From an uncultured virus (IMG/VR IMGVR_UViG_2061766007_004183) (taxonomy: Duplodnaviria > Heunggongvirae > Uroviricota > Caudoviricetes): a DNA stretch of 64,000 bases. The position numbers and the translations under genes were made by a program. Shown piece after piece: positions 9,919 to 20,517 of this stretch. How positions within the stretch are numbered: the stretch's first letter is position 1; each line of letters begins with the position of its first letter. Location of the stretch: the IMG/VR virus record IMGVR_UViG_2061766007_004183. One strand, 5' to 3'. The notes beneath the pieces were generated by a model. That model ran no database searches. It was not told the origin of the DNA and saw nothing but the letters and a program-made list of their open reading frames with translations.

Positions 9919-9956
9919 AAAGCCCTGAGAAATCAGATATGACTTCTCAGGGCTTT
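9919..9956 (-). terminator. probable terminator hairpin after the WYL gene
   Basis: Inverted repeat AAAGCCCTGAGAA / TTCTCAGGGCTTT. Confidence 0.65.
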
Positions 9957-9976
9957 CCTCTATATACCGCCGAGAT

Positions 9977-10966
9977 TTATTCATATGCGGCCAGCGCATC
10001 CTTCGCATGGCTGACCATTCGGTCAATGACCTCCTGAGGGCCCAGTATCTGCGCCATATCGCCGAACCCAAAGATCCATGCGAAAAACTGAGGACTCACT
10101 ACGACATCGGCGGTAACGATGAAGTGGTCATCACCATCGGGTATGAGCATGAGATCATGGCCAAGGCGGTCCAGCACTGAGCCGACCAGACGATTGCTGA
10201 AGCGAAGGCGGACAGGCTCGGGCTCTCCGGAAAACATCCCAAAGATCGATTTTGAATACTGCGCCATATCCAGTGCCTTATACGCATCCTGCCCGTCACG
10301 GGGCTCATCGATCATTGAGATATTGGTCATCTTATCAACCCGAAAATGCTTGATTATCCCCGCATCGCTGTCGAATGCTACCAGGTAGTAATTCTGGTTA
10401 TCCCAGGTCAGAGCGTAAGGACTCATCACATAAAACTCACCGTCTTTCCGGTAGCTGCGCTCTTTGGTTACCGTCAGATCGAAATACTTGAATCGGATCA
10501 TCCTGTTCTTGGAGATCCCATTATGGATTTCATCTACGTTGTAGTAAATCGACTCGTTCATGGTCTTGATCCGGTTTTGGACATAGACCTGGCGCTGCAG
10601 CAGGTGCGCATCGTGAATGCTGGCCAGCCGCTCAATCTTCCTGATCAGTTCAGACGTCTTCTTGCGGGTAATAAACTTGGAGGACTGAACACTGTCGACC
10701 AGAAGCTTCAGCTCCGGCAGTTCGAAATCCCTGTTTGCCACATAATAGCCGTAGTTCTTTCCGTGATTCGTTTGGATGATATCCAGCCCGTACTTTCGCA
10801 AAGCTTCAATATCGTCATAAAGGGATTTTCTCTGCGCGGGGATATCATGAGATTCTAGATAATCCACTATCTGGCTGATCGAGACCGTGTGTTCTTCGTC
10901 AGAATGGCGAAGAAGATACTCCATCACATACAGAATCTTCAGCTTCTGCGAGGATGCTTTCGGCAT
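9977..10966 (-). CDS. WYL-domain transcriptional regulator (wHTH-WYL-WCX)
   Basis: N-terminal wHTH (QRKSLYDDIEAL), SPYALTWDNQNYYLV, HFRVDKM, FFAWIFGFG. Start MPKASSQ behind GGAGG. Confidence 0.9.
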   Translation of the reverse strand: MPKASSQKLKILYVMEYLLRHSDEEHTVSISQIVDYLESHDIPAQRKSLYDDIEALRKYGLDIIQTNHGKNYGYYVANRDFELPELKLLVDSVQSSKFITRKKTSELIRKIERLASIHDAHLLQRQVYVQNRIKTMNESIYYNVDEIHNGISKNRMIRFKYFDLTVTKERSYRKDGEFYVMSPYALTWDNQNYYLVAFDSDAGIIKHFRVDKMTNISMIDEPRDGQDAYKALDMAQYSKSIFGMFSGEPEPVRLRFSNRLVGSVLDRLGHDLMLIPDGDDHFIVTADVVVSPQFFAWIFGFGDMAQILGPQEVIDRMVSHAKDALAAYE

Positions 10967-11071
10967 GTTACATTCCTCCAATATATAACCCACCAAATGC
11001 CAATGCTTATCATAATTATCATATCATCTGAGGGGTTTACAGGCAAGATACCTGGAGTATAACCACAGCTC

Positions 11072-11890
11072 TCAGCAGTTCCAGGTGTTCTCCGGGAGCT
11101 GTCCAGCCAGCTTCTGCCGTGCTCTTGCCTGGCCGTCGATTGCTTCCGCCAGACTCCGTCGGTACATATCATCACCGCCGATCACCATGTCATAAAGGAA
11201 AGACTCCGCTTTCTGGAAGCAGACCAGCGCGCTCTTGGCATCCTCTTCCGTTCCGATACCGTCCAGGAACATACCGCCCAGCCGCAGGAGGACCGGGCCT
11301 GCCACACGGCCTTCCGCCTGCTGCGTCATGGTATCCATGCAGTGGACGTAGATATAGAACGCTTCCTTCTCATTCTTCGGCACATACAGGCCGTTGAGAT
11401 ACATATCCCCGATCTTATACAAAGAGACAAGGTGCCCGTCGAACGCACCGAGGGCGAAGTAGTGGAACGCCTTTTCATAATCCTGCTTCCCGTCTCTGCC
11501 GTAGTAATAGCAGTATCCAAGGTTCTCCTGAGCCGGGCGGTTGCCCTTATCTGCAGCCATCCGGTAGTACTTGACCGCCTTGTCAAAGCTCTGCTCGAAA
11601 CCACGGTTTCCGCCGTAATACTGCGCGCCGAGGTCATTCATGGCATCGTCATTGCCTTCCGCGATCTCCAGCTGGAACATTTCCTCGATAAAACCGATCA
11701 GATACTCCGGGAACACCTGAGGCTTGTCCAAGCCGGTCAGCGTGTTGGCAATTACGTACGGCTCGTCGCTGACGGAACCGTCTTCATCGAGGATTCCGGT
11801 AAGATAGCCGTATACTCCAGGCAGTTCGCTGGCGTCCAGCATTGCGAGAATGCCCTGCACTTCCGAAGACACATAATCCATATTGATCAT
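11072..11890 (-). CDS. Sel1-like repeat protein
   Basis: Repeats AMNDLGAQYYGG, AQENLGYCYYYG, LYKIGDMYLNG, LRLGGMFLDGIG. Confidence 0.9.
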   Translation of the reverse strand: MINMDYVSSEVQGILAMLDASELPGVYGYLTGILDEDGSVSDEPYVIANTLTGLDKPQVFPEYLIGFIEEMFQLEIAEGNDDAMNDLGAQYYGGNRGFEQSFDKAVKYYRMAADKGNRPAQENLGYCYYYGRDGKQDYEKAFHYFALGAFDGHLVSLYKIGDMYLNGLYVPKNEKEAFYIYVHCMDTMTQQAEGRVAGPVLLRLGGMFLDGIGTEEDAKSALVCFQKAESFLYDMVIGGDDMYRRSLAEAIDGQARARQKLAGQLPENTWNC

Positions 11891-11940
11891 ATTGAGACCC
11901 TCCATTCCATTGTTAAACAGCCATCTCTCTCACTTTATAT

Positions 11941-11986
11941 CTGATTCTACATCATCATGGTGTCCGATAAACCACACACCATGATG
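11941..11986 (-). promoter_or_regulatory. promoter with dyad operator, copy 2
   Basis: Perfect 11-bp inverted repeat CATCATGGTGT (11953-11963) / ACACCATGATG (11976-11986) framing TGTCC-N8-ACACA; minus-strand TAGAAT at 11944-11949. Confidence 0.65.
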
Positions 11987-12043
11987 TCACTCCAAAATCC
12001 TATCTGTATTTGCCAGATTCAAATACCGAACTGATTGCCTTTG

Positions 12044-12068
12044 GACCGCCCACACGGCGGTCTTTTTT
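12044..12068 (+). terminator. intrinsic terminator
   Basis: GACCGCC-cacac-GGCGGTC followed by T6. Confidence 0.65.
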
Positions 12069-12213
12069 GCGCCTAAGCTCGTTCACAAATTGTTTACAAA
12101 TTATTTTTCGAAAAAAAGGGGGGGGTCTCCCGGGTTTCCTTAGTGAACTCTTGCAGAAGCAAAAATCCGGAGGAACTATGCGCTCATTTCACCAGGAAAG
12201 GAGGTAATGCGAA

Positions 12214-12651
12214 ATGAATCAGAAAAAGAAAACGAAGAATGGACTGAAACCGATGAGGTGTCCGTACTGTGGCTCAGCAATGACGCTGAGGCCGGCATCG
12301 GATATCTATGGGAACAAACAGACTGAAGGCTGGCTGTACGTCTGCAACAGTTATCCCAGATGCGATGCCTATGTCGGAACGCATCCCGGGACAAAGACGC
12401 CTCTTGGCATACCTGCGGATGGACATCTGCGAAACCTCAGGATACGCGCTCATAGAAGCTTCGATCAGATCTGGCGGAATGGGGTCATGTCCAGGAACCA
12501 GGCTTACCGGTGGATGGCTGATCTTTTCTGCATACCGCTCAGGGATGCCCACATCGGCAGCTTCAGCGAATACAGATGCACGGCACTGATCAGGAAATGC
12601 GAAGAAGTCCTGGAAAGGAACGGTCTTAGGCACGAACGTGAAAGCGCATGA
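12214..12651 (+). CDS. zinc-finger protein (DUF3268-like)
   Basis: CPYCG...YVC..YPRCDAYVGTH..T..PLG..AD..LR..R..AH..FD.IW...R..AY.W...HIG pattern. Confidence 0.8.
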   Translation: MNQKKKTKNGLKPMRCPYCGSAMTLRPASDIYGNKQTEGWLYVCNSYPRCDAYVGTHPGTKTPLGIPADGHLRNLRIRAHRSFDQIWRNGVMSRNQAYRWMADLFCIPLRDAHIGSFSEYRCTALIRKCEEVLERNGLRHERESA

Positions 12652-12697
12652 GCGCTGCGCTTTCCTCCGGAGCAGAGTTAGAAAGAAGGGAAACAGC

Positions 12698-13285
12698 ATG
12701 ACTGAATTTGAGAACAGACTGGTAATTGAGAACCTCGCTCTTGTGGACAAAGTGATCTGCACGAGAATCACGTGGCGCTCTTCTTCCGCCCTCATGGCAT
12801 ATGAGGACCTTCAGGCGGTCGGCAGGGAAGCTCTGTGCAGGGCGGCGATGCACTACAGCCCGCAATCCGGGCCGTTTGCGACCTTTGCCTGCAAGTGTAT
12901 CTACAACGCGGTCATCGACCACTGCAGAAATGAAAACGCGGTGATGCGAATGACCGGCGGCAGCGGGAGCAACGACGTTTGCCCGGAACTGATTGATAAA
13001 GTCAGTGCCAGGGACTCGGGCGACGGACTCACCGACGACCTTGAAGCTAAGCATCTGCTGAGCCGGTACAAGAAGAAATACACCGGCGTGTCCAGGCTTG
13101 GCGTTGAGGCAATCGAACTGAAACTGCTCGGCTTCAGTTCGAAAGAGATCGCGAACAGGTACGGGACCAATGTGAGTAATGTGAATGCCTGGATCTCCCG
13201 TGCCAGGAAGAAACTGAAGCAGGAGGAAGAAATTCGCGAGCTGTTGGGAAAGACTGTTGTTATTTCGGGCCGTCATCCGTATTAA
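12698..13285 (+). CDS. sigma-70 family (ECF-like) RNA polymerase sigma factor
   Basis: Region 2 YEDLQAVGREALCRAAMHY...FATFA; region 4 GFSSKEIA...VNAWISRARKKL. Confidence 0.8.
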   Translation: MTEFENRLVIENLALVDKVICTRITWRSSSALMAYEDLQAVGREALCRAAMHYSPQSGPFATFACKCIYNAVIDHCRNENAVMRMTGGSGSNDVCPELIDKVSARDSGDGLTDDLEAKHLLSRYKKKYTGVSRLGVEAIELKLLGFSSKEIANRYGTNVSNVNAWISRARKKLKQEEEIRELLGKTVVISGRHPY

Positions 13286-13316
13286 GAAACAGACAGGCAA
13301 ATAATAGGAGGTTGAA

Positions 13317-14003
13317 ATGATGATTACGTTTTTCACTGCGATAGGCAGTTTCGAACTGCGAATGGAAGGCGGACGCCGGATGCCCTATATTCTGCGTATG
13401 GGCCGCTATGAACCCGTATCGATTCCAGAATTCTTCATCTGGAGCCATCTTCTGTGGGAAGTCGAGACGTACAGTGAGATAAGGGAGCACTATCTACGCA
13501 CGGCAGCAGAGCTTGGCGTCCGGCTCCCTGATCTCGACCAGGGACTGAGAATGCTGGTCGACAGGAAACTGGTCGCCAAAGGTGTCGGATATACCGGCGA
13601 GGATGCCCTGTATGAAATGCTGTCCGAGGCATTCGTCATACCGGTCCATCTGTCCGGCGGGAAGAAGCTCGGATCTGCGGTGCGCATGCTCCTCAAAGGC
13701 AAAATCACGCTCATCGAAGCAGGAAGGATCCTGAGACCGGAAAGCTTGCCTGGAGAGGAGCGCAGAGTCCTCGGACTTGTCCGGCAGACCCCGTTGAGTG
13801 TAAGCGAACTGATCCGCTGCTTCGACTCCGGGGTGATGAGTCTGAACACGCCGGACGAAGTCATCTCTGCTATCTACACTGACGAAGAGGATGACCAGGA
13901 ACGGATTCGCAAGCTGTCCCGCGGATCGGGAAACAGGGCTGCCGTGCTCCAGGCAACAGCAAATCTATATCTGAACCACAAGGTCATGCTGGACATGGCG
14001 TGA
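13317..14003 (+). CDS. hypothetical protein
   Basis: 228-aa ORF with AGGAGG RBS. Confidence 0.7.
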   Translation: MMITFFTAIGSFELRMEGGRRMPYILRMGRYEPVSIPEFFIWSHLLWEVETYSEIREHYLRTAAELGVRLPDLDQGLRMLVDRKLVAKGVGYTGEDALYEMLSEAFVIPVHLSGGKKLGSAVRMLLKGKITLIEAGRILRPESLPGEERRVLGLVRQTPLSVSELIRCFDSGVMSLNTPDEVISAIYTDEEDDQERIRKLSRGSGNRAAVLQATANLYLNHKVMLDMA

Positions 14004-14052
14004 TCTGCGGCGGAGGCCTCTGCCTCCGCCGAGCCATTTTCAGGAGGCAATC

Positions 14053-14490
14053 ATGATACCGGAGGCTATATTGAATCGCATCGTCAGAATGGCGCTGCTC
14101 CTGCTCACTGTCGTGGTTTTTGGGGTGATCTACTCTCTTGTGACTCACGACAGAATCATGCTGCTGCTTACCCTCGTTCTCGCAATCGCCGGCGGCATAA
14201 AGGTCCTTTTCCTGTTCCGCTCCGTTCGGAAACAGGAATACTCCACGGTCGAAGGAACACTCATTTCAGCCCGGCGGCTGCCGGTCCGCAAGTGCCAGAT
14301 CCTGACGATTTCCGATGGCGACGGCAGGGAAACAGAGATCTGCGTAAAAGGCCACGCACCTGTGATGGCCGGCAGGAGATACCGTCTGTACCTGTCGCAG
14401 GAAGACCCGATAACCGGGCAGCTGCCGCAGGAAGTAAGGCGTCTGGGCACCGCCAGAACCCTTCTGGGATATGAAGAGGTCGGAATTTGA
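14053..14490 (+). CDS. hypothetical membrane protein
   Basis: Two N-terminal hydrophobic helices; AGGAGG RBS. Confidence 0.7.
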   Translation: MIPEAILNRIVRMALLLLTVVVFGVIYSLVTHDRIMLLLTLVLAIAGGIKVLFLFRSVRKQEYSTVEGTLISARRLPVRKCQILTISDGDGRETEICVKGHAPVMAGRRYRLYLSQEDPITGQLPQEVRRLGTARTLLGYEEVGI

Positions 14491-14559
14491 TACCATTTTC
14501 GGTCCGGACGGGAATTTTGGGTATTGTGGCGGGCTGCGGAAGGAAAAGATAGACTATAG

Positions 14560-14760
14560 GTGTTCTTATTAGATTTCTTCTCCTTTTGGAGCTTCCTAAG
14601 TTGTGTGAACCCGCGATAGTGATCGCGTGGTATGTGGCAGAGCCGCGTTTACAGGATAACTGTACGCTTCTGCCTCTTTTTTTGTTTCCGCCTGATTGGC
14701 GGAATCCTGTCTGGACCATTCGCCGAAAGGCGTCTGGATATATTTTGGCCGAAAGGCAGA
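14560..14760 (+). other. structured non-coding region upstream of ssb (hairpins, terminator, GAAA-loop hairpins)
   Basis: CGCGAT/ATCGCG hairpin; GGCAGA...TCTGCC stem followed by T7 (14636-14683); TTCCGCC/GGCGGAA; two GCC-GAAA-GGC hairpins (14721-14732, 14748-14757). Confidence 0.5.
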
Positions 14761-14774
14761 AAGGAAGAGTGTTC

Positions 14775-15191
14775 ATGTACGCAATCATCAATCTGGAGGG
14801 GCGGCTCGTCGCGGATCCTGAGTTTCGTGTCGGCAAAGAGGACCGTGAGTACTGCACCCTGCGCCTGGCTGTCAATCAGAAGCTGGGCCCGCAGGAGAAC
14901 GCCACGTTCTACAACTGCACGGGCAACGAGTACATCGCGAAACGGCTCCGGAAGTCGGAACTGGCCAAGGGCCAGCCGCTCCAGGTCGTCGGGAACCTGA
15001 CCGTCCGCGAGTATACGGACCGGAACGGTACCGTGCGCACCTCGGTCGACGTCGGGATCCTGGACTGGCATTTCGTCGGCCCCAAGCAGAAGGAACCCAG
15101 CGAAACCGCTGCGGACCCTGCACCGGTGACGACCGGCAAGATCCACGAGGAAGTCACTATCCCCGGCGACGATGACGAACTCCCCCTCTGA
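14775..15191 (+). CDS. ssb: single-stranded DNA-binding protein
   Basis: LEGRLVADPE, KGQPLQVVGNL..REYTD, acidic tail DDDELPL. Confidence 0.9.
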   Translation: MYAIINLEGRLVADPEFRVGKEDREYCTLRLAVNQKLGPQENATFYNCTGNEYIAKRLRKSELAKGQPLQVVGNLTVREYTDRNGTVRTSVDVGILDWHFVGPKQKEPSETAADPAPVTTGKIHEEVTIPGDDDELPL

Positions 15192-15263
15192 TCCGGATGC
15201 TGCGAAACGGCTGTGAGTAGGCAATGACTCCCAGCCGTTTCGTATGCCCGGGACCATCAAACG

Positions 15264-16076
15264 ATGAAAGGAATGAAAACTGTGGCTGGAAAAAGCCGAA
15301 TCAGCACCTGGTCTGTGATCAGGATTGTTATGATCCCCTGCTTGTTGCTCGGGACGATCACCCGGAAGACGGTTTTCCACTGGATCGCGCTCGCCGCGCT
15401 GCTTATCTGGGCAGTTATCGAACTCGGAAGACTGCTTGCCCATGCGGCGAAAAAGAAGCCGAAGCGGAAAGCGGTCAAAAAGGCCGGACGCAAGCGGATT
15501 AAGGCCCGGGACCGGGACGACGGCAGGAGCCTGCTTCTTCAGGTGAACTACCGGATCACGGAGCAGCTCAGCACGACCTACCCCAACGTCTCCTGGCTGT
15601 GGCTCGAAAGGCCCGGAACGGAAGACATCAAGCTCGGCGGTACCTGGCGGATCAGCCTTCAGAATGCCGATCCGTTCAATTTCGCGGAGGTCAGCCTCAG
15701 CAGCTCCGGTGCGATGGTCATCTCGCTCATGCAGGTGATCCGTCTCGGTGAAACGACGACCGCGGTCCCCGAACAGGACGAAAACGATCTGCGCGAGGGC
15801 GATATCCTCGACCGCTTCGATCTGCGGAAATGGTACGCCGAAACCGGTGAGAAAGCACTTTGCACCATGGTTGAGGAACTCAATACCCAAGGCTACAAAA
15901 GGCTGGTCATCAGCGAAAACGGTAATGTCCTGATCGGCAGGCCCGGAGGTGAGATCCTGTTCTCCGCGATTGCAGACTTCCCGCCGAAATCCGCGTGGGA
16001 GGATCTCTGCACCCTGGTCCGTGAGGACGACATCCAGGCTTCGGTCAGCGGTTCGCAGCTTGCAGTCGCCTGGTAA
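15264..16076 (+). CDS. hypothetical membrane-anchored protein
   Basis: 270-aa ORF; two N-terminal hydrophobic segments followed by a basic linker. Confidence 0.7.
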   Translation: MKGMKTVAGKSRISTWSVIRIVMIPCLLLGTITRKTVFHWIALAALLIWAVIELGRLLAHAAKKKPKRKAVKKAGRKRIKARDRDDGRSLLLQVNYRITEQLSTTYPNVSWLWLERPGTEDIKLGGTWRISLQNADPFNFAEVSLSSSGAMVISLMQVIRLGETTTAVPEQDENDLREGDILDRFDLRKWYAETGEKALCTMVEELNTQGYKRLVISENGNVLIGRPGGEILFSAIADFPPKSAWEDLCTLVREDDIQASVSGSQLAVAW

Positions 16077-16121
16077 GCGTCAGTTGAACACAATGCAGAC
16101 TATCTAAAACAGAGGTGCTTT

Positions 16122-17928
16122 ATGGCCAGAACCAAACTCTTTGACAGTTTTACTTACAAGCTTCCGCTGCCGGCACCCTTCGATGATCCCCTGTACGCCG
16201 GTGCGAAATCGTTCGGCATGTCCCGGTACAACACGGTCGGTATCCCGAAAGCCACGCTGCATGGTCCCACGCTCCGGGCACTGCTCTCTTACGCGAAGCT
16301 AGTGCATGAAACGGATGTGGGCGGCAACGTGGACGGACTCGGAGCAGTCGGGCATCAGGGCACGACCTACCGCATCGCGGAATACGTGTCTGCGAACAAG
16401 ACCGACTTAGTCGCGTTCAATCACAATACCGGCAGATTCTACGTTGCCCGTGTATCGGACGGAAGTACAAATCTTGATCCCTATGTCCTGGGACCCGGCT
16501 CCGGAATGGGTACCGGAACTGCGCTGTTCTTTTGCCTGATCCCGTATCTGATGGAGGACAGTGAGTTCCAGGCCTGCTTCAATGAATTCCTGGCCCAAAT
16601 GGACGCTGGCTGGCCGGATATGGACATGGCTCAGAAAACGGCGCTGACGCTCTGCGATAACGTCTACCGCCGGATTGAGAACGCCAAGTCGCTCGGCTCC
16701 GACGGAATCAAGACCAACATCCCCGTCACGGGCAATATCGCCACGATCACACAGATGGCGCTGGATAACGGGACCTACTCCCCGACCGGAGTGCTCTACG
16801 GCGAGTTCAGTCTGTTTCCCCGCAGCGGGAGCACCTCGCCGCTGAGCATCACAGCGATAACACCTAAGGAACTTGCCGGCCGGTATTCGCTGTCCGCGAG
16901 GACGCTGAGCGCCAGGGAGTCCGCGATGGTTCCCGTACTGCCGGACTGGTATATCGTGCCCAGGGAAGTCGTCCGCGTGTGCGAGCACGCGCAGTCGACC
17001 ACGGGCTCCAGCCAGCCGATGCGCAACTTCATGTTCCGCGGCGTGGCAGGCACGGGCAAGACCATGTCGGCCCAGGCGATCGCGGCAGGCCTGAACCTGC
17101 CNNNNNNNNNNNNNNNNNNNNNNNNNNNNNNNNNNNNNNCTGATCGGTCAGTTTATACCCGACGTGCCGGACAGGAGCAGCATCCAGCCGAGAGGCGGGG
17201 AGCTGCCCAGGATCTCGGATATCGTCATGCATCCGCCCAGTGTTTATCAGATGCTGACCGGCGAGTACGACGACGACAAGACGGAAGACGACGTGCTGCA
17301 GAAGCTCATCGAGATCGCAGTGGCACGCCTGACGCCTGATGAAGGGCACGGCCAGCGGATCCGCTATGTGGACTCCCCACTGATCGAAGCCATCCGTTAC
17401 GGATACGTGGTCGAGATCCAGGAGCCGTCCTGTATTGCGAATCCCGGTGTTTTGGTGGGCCTCAACTCCTTGCTGGACAACTGCCAGGTGATCACGCTGC
17501 CGACCGGCGAGCGGGTGCCACGGCATCCGGATACGGTCATTATCGTCACGACGAACTCGGACTACGCCGGCTGCCGGGATATGAACCAGAGCATTATTTC
17601 CAGAATGGACCTGCTCTACGACATTGAGGCACCGGACCTTGCGACCATGGTTAAGCGCGTGATGAATCTCACCGGCTTTTCGGACGAAACGGCCGCCACG
17701 AAAATGGCGATCGTCGTCCGGGATATCGCCGAACGCTGCCGCCAGACCATGATTACGGACGGCAGCTGCGGAATGCGCGAGCTGAAGAGCTGGCTCCAGT
17801 CCACGATGGTTACGAACGACCCTTATGAGTCAGCTCTCTCTACGGTCATTTCCTCCGCTTCGGCGGATCCGGATAACCGGGCGGAGCTGATCTCGTCGTG
17901 CCTGCAGGCCCAGTTCAATGAAAAATGA
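16122..17928 (+). CDS. AAA+ ATPase (MoxR/CbbQ/NorQ-like), interrupted by an assembly gap
   Basis: Walker A GVAGTGKT before the gap; after it Walker B-like VVEIQE, GLNSLLD, IVTTN.DYAG, SIISRM. Confidence 0.8.
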
Positions 17929-17948
17929 TAAGAAAAGAGGTTATTGAC

Positions 17949-18296
17949 ATGACAAGGAAAAGACTCCCTCCCGTTGATTTCAACGTAATTATGGGGATGC
18001 GTGCGGTGGCTACCAGCGTGAACAGGCGGCCCACGCGAGCCAAAGCGACGCCCGAATCCGTTACGCGGTACATCCAGAGCGTGATGGAGTTTGCTCTGGC
18101 CAGGACCGGGTTCGAAGTCGCTGTCGAGCCCCTGAAGCACCCTGTCAGCAGCAAGATCCCGTTGATCATCCGCGTGAAAGGGGTTGGCGAGTACCTGTTT
18201 TGGTATTATCCCTACGCCTCGGATTACCGGATGAGGAATGAGCTGGCAGGCGCACTCGGCGACCTCAATGAGCGCGTCTTCGGCAAAGCTGCCTGA
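17949..18296 (+). CDS. hypothetical protein
   Basis: ORF between the ATPase and vWA genes; GAGG RBS. Confidence 0.6.
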   Translation: MTRKRLPPVDFNVIMGMRAVATSVNRRPTRAKATPESVTRYIQSVMEFALARTGFEVAVEPLKHPVSSKIPLIIRVKGVGEYLFWYYPYASDYRMRNELAGALGDLNERVFGKAA

Positions 18297-18313
18297 GTGC
18301 GGGGTGGTTCGGA

Positions 18314-20506
18314 ATGAGGACCTCACACCTGACGATCCGGAAACGGATCCTGGAGGAAAAGAGTAAGATCACGGACGAACAGTTCTTTGCCTCCCGCGAG
18401 TACAGCGGCTTCCTGACGGATATCGCGGAATCCGCGACGAAACGGTATAACCGCACGGTTCGCGTGACCGTCAAGGCCGACCATGACGACGAGACTGTGG
18501 CCTATACTGACTTCACCGGGATCATGATCAATGCGTGTAACGAGATCACCTGGAGTTTTCCGTCGAGGCCGCTCCGGTCCCTCAGCCTCCAGGGCCTCAA
18601 CGCCCATGAGTTCGGACATATGCTCTTTACGGACAATCCCGTCTGGCACAGTTTCTTCCGCAGGCTTGGAGCCGGGCGGTTCTATCCCAGACTGCCCGAC
18701 GGTCTGACAGCGGGTCAGAAGCAGAATGCCAGGGATATCCAGGAAGCATTACTGGACGAAAACGACCCAGTGCCCAAGAGTGTGATCCTTAGCACAGCAC
18801 ACGCGCTGAGCAATATCCTGGAAGACGGGTACGTGGACCTGAAGTGCTCGTGTCAGTATCCCGGTACTCCCGCGCGCGGCATCGCGCTGAACAACCTGCG
18901 GTACGCCGAGCTCATGCCGGACATCGAGTCGATGATCGACAAGAAAACGTACGACCACAACATCATCCTCAATCTCCTGATCCAGTACGTCCGAGTGCGG
19001 GACCTGAACAACCTGTCCGGGTACGACGGAGAGCTTCTGGATTACCTGAAGTCCTTCATGGCCCTGGTCGACGGCTGTATTTGCGCCGACGACGCCAGAG
19101 ACCGCTGTGAAGCGGTCAACCTGATCCTGATCGACCTGTGGCCGATCATGCAGCGCTGTTTTGACGAACTGCGGGCGAAGTACAACCAGGCTGTGAATGC
19201 GGCTCAGGGCACCGGTCCGGCGAACGCCGGAACCGGCAGTCCGGGCGATGCATCCGGCCAGCAGCAGTCCGGCAGTGCTGAAGAACAGACGAACGACCAG
19301 GCTGCACAGGCGCAAGCGGGTCAAGCTGTGGAGGATGAGCTTTCCGGCCAGCTGCCGAAGTCTGCACCGAACTTCACCCTGGCTTCCGCGCCGGTTTCCA
19401 GCGAAGAATCCGAGGCTCCTGAAGAGGACCAACAGGAAAACGTGCTCTCCGAGATGGCTCGGGTCCTGGCTGAAGAGACCGAACGCATTAAAGCACATGT
19501 GACCAATGGGATCTTCAGCGATGGCGAAGGCGGTATGGATACCAACACGGGATACGAAGGCAGCGGCTACGACAGCGCCGCCGAGGATATTGAGCGGCTG
19601 CTCGATACCATGGCCGAAGCAGTCGTGAACGAGCAGCAGGAGCAGGAGCTTTCCGAGGAACTGCAGCGCGAAGCCACCAGTATCTCCTACGGCAACGCGC
19701 ACCGGAACATCCACATCACCATCAACCGCATGACCCATGTGACTCCTGAGATGATCGAGAGCTATAACCGCGTTGCGCCGGATCTGCTGACGCTGTCAAA
19801 GCGTCTGCAGCGAAGTGTGAGTGCGGTCCTGCGCGATAAACGCCAGGGCGGGAAGCAGACGGGACTGTTCTGCGGCAAGCGGCTGAATCAGCACGCGCTG
19901 TACCGCAGCGACGGACGTATCTTCTACAATTCCCGGCTCCCGACCGAACCGATCAATCTGTCCGTGGGCCTGCTCGTGGACGAAAGCGGATCGATGTGCG
20001 GAAGTGACAGGATCACCCGTGCTAGAGCGACTGCGATCGTGATGCAGGACTTCTGCGAATCCCTCGGCATACCCCTGATGATCGTAGGGCACACCGCCTG
20101 GAGTTCCAGAGTTCAGCTTTTCTCCTATTCCGACTTTGATTCCCGTGATAAGAACGACAGATACCGGCTCATGGACATGAGCGCACGGGACTGCAACCGG
20201 GACGGAGCTGCTCTGAGGTTCCTGGCGGAAAAGCTTGCGAGGCAGGTGTCCGACATGAAGATTCTGATTATCATCTGCGACGGTCAGCCGAACGACGACG
20301 GGTACTCCGGAAGTGCAGCCGAAGCGGATCTGCGCGGCATCAAGCTGGAGTTTTCCCGGCGCGGCGTGCAAATCTTCGCGGCAGCCATCGGAGACGACCG
20401 CCCGAACATCGAGCGGATCTACGGTGAAGGATATCTGGATATCACGGACCTGAATGACCTCCCGGTCATGCTCACAAACCTGATCGCGAGGCATCTGCCC
20501 CACTGA
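18314..20506 (+). CDS. vWA domain protein (CobT/NorD-like) with N-terminal HExxH
   Basis: AHEFGH, NILED, MIDAS motif LVDESGSM, NRDG.AL, ICDGQP. Confidence 0.85.
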   Translation: MRTSHLTIRKRILEEKSKITDEQFFASREYSGFLTDIAESATKRYNRTVRVTVKADHDDETVAYTDFTGIMINACNEITWSFPSRPLRSLSLQGLNAHEFGHMLFTDNPVWHSFFRRLGAGRFYPRLPDGLTAGQKQNARDIQEALLDENDPVPKSVILSTAHALSNILEDGYVDLKCSCQYPGTPARGIALNNLRYAELMPDIESMIDKKTYDHNIILNLLIQYVRVRDLNNLSGYDGELLDYLKSFMALVDGCICADDARDRCEAVNLILIDLWPIMQRCFDELRAKYNQAVNAAQGTGPANAGTGSPGDASGQQQSGSAEEQTNDQAAQAQAGQAVEDELSGQLPKSAPNFTLASAPVSSEESEAPEEDQQENVLSEMARVLAEETERIKAHVTNGIFSDGEGGMDTNTGYEGSGYDSAAEDIERLLDTMAEAVVNEQQEQELSEELQREATSISYGNAHRNIHITINRMTHVTPEMIESYNRVAPDLLTLSKRLQRSVSAVLRDKRQGGKQTGLFCGKRLNQHALYRSDGRIFYNSRLPTEPINLSVGLLVDESGSMCGSDRITRARATAIVMQDFCESLGIPLMIVGHTAWSSRVQLFSYSDFDSRDKNDRYRLMDMSARDCNRDGAALRFLAEKLARQVSDMKILIIICDGQPNDDGYSGSAAEADLRGIKLEFSRRGVQIFAAAIGDDRPNIERIYGEGYLDITDLNDLPVMLTNLIARHLPH

Positions 20507-20517
20507 AGGAGGTAGTA

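Noticed and set aside
12111..12125. A7G8 homopolymer upstream of the mobile-like module as a phase-variation switch
   Set aside because: The tract is short and cannot be placed between clear promoter boxes; there is no read-level evidence.
14649..15890. Long antisense ORFs (e.g. 14649..15890, 18749..19738, 31466..32422, 37863..38870)
   Set aside because: Shadows of well-supported opposite-strand genes in GC-rich DNA; no motifs or RBS.
16122..17928. Apparent frameshifts/pseudogenes in the AAA+ ATPase (also thg1, the second phosphoesterase and rtcB)
   Set aside because: Every frame change coincides with an N gap of arbitrary length.
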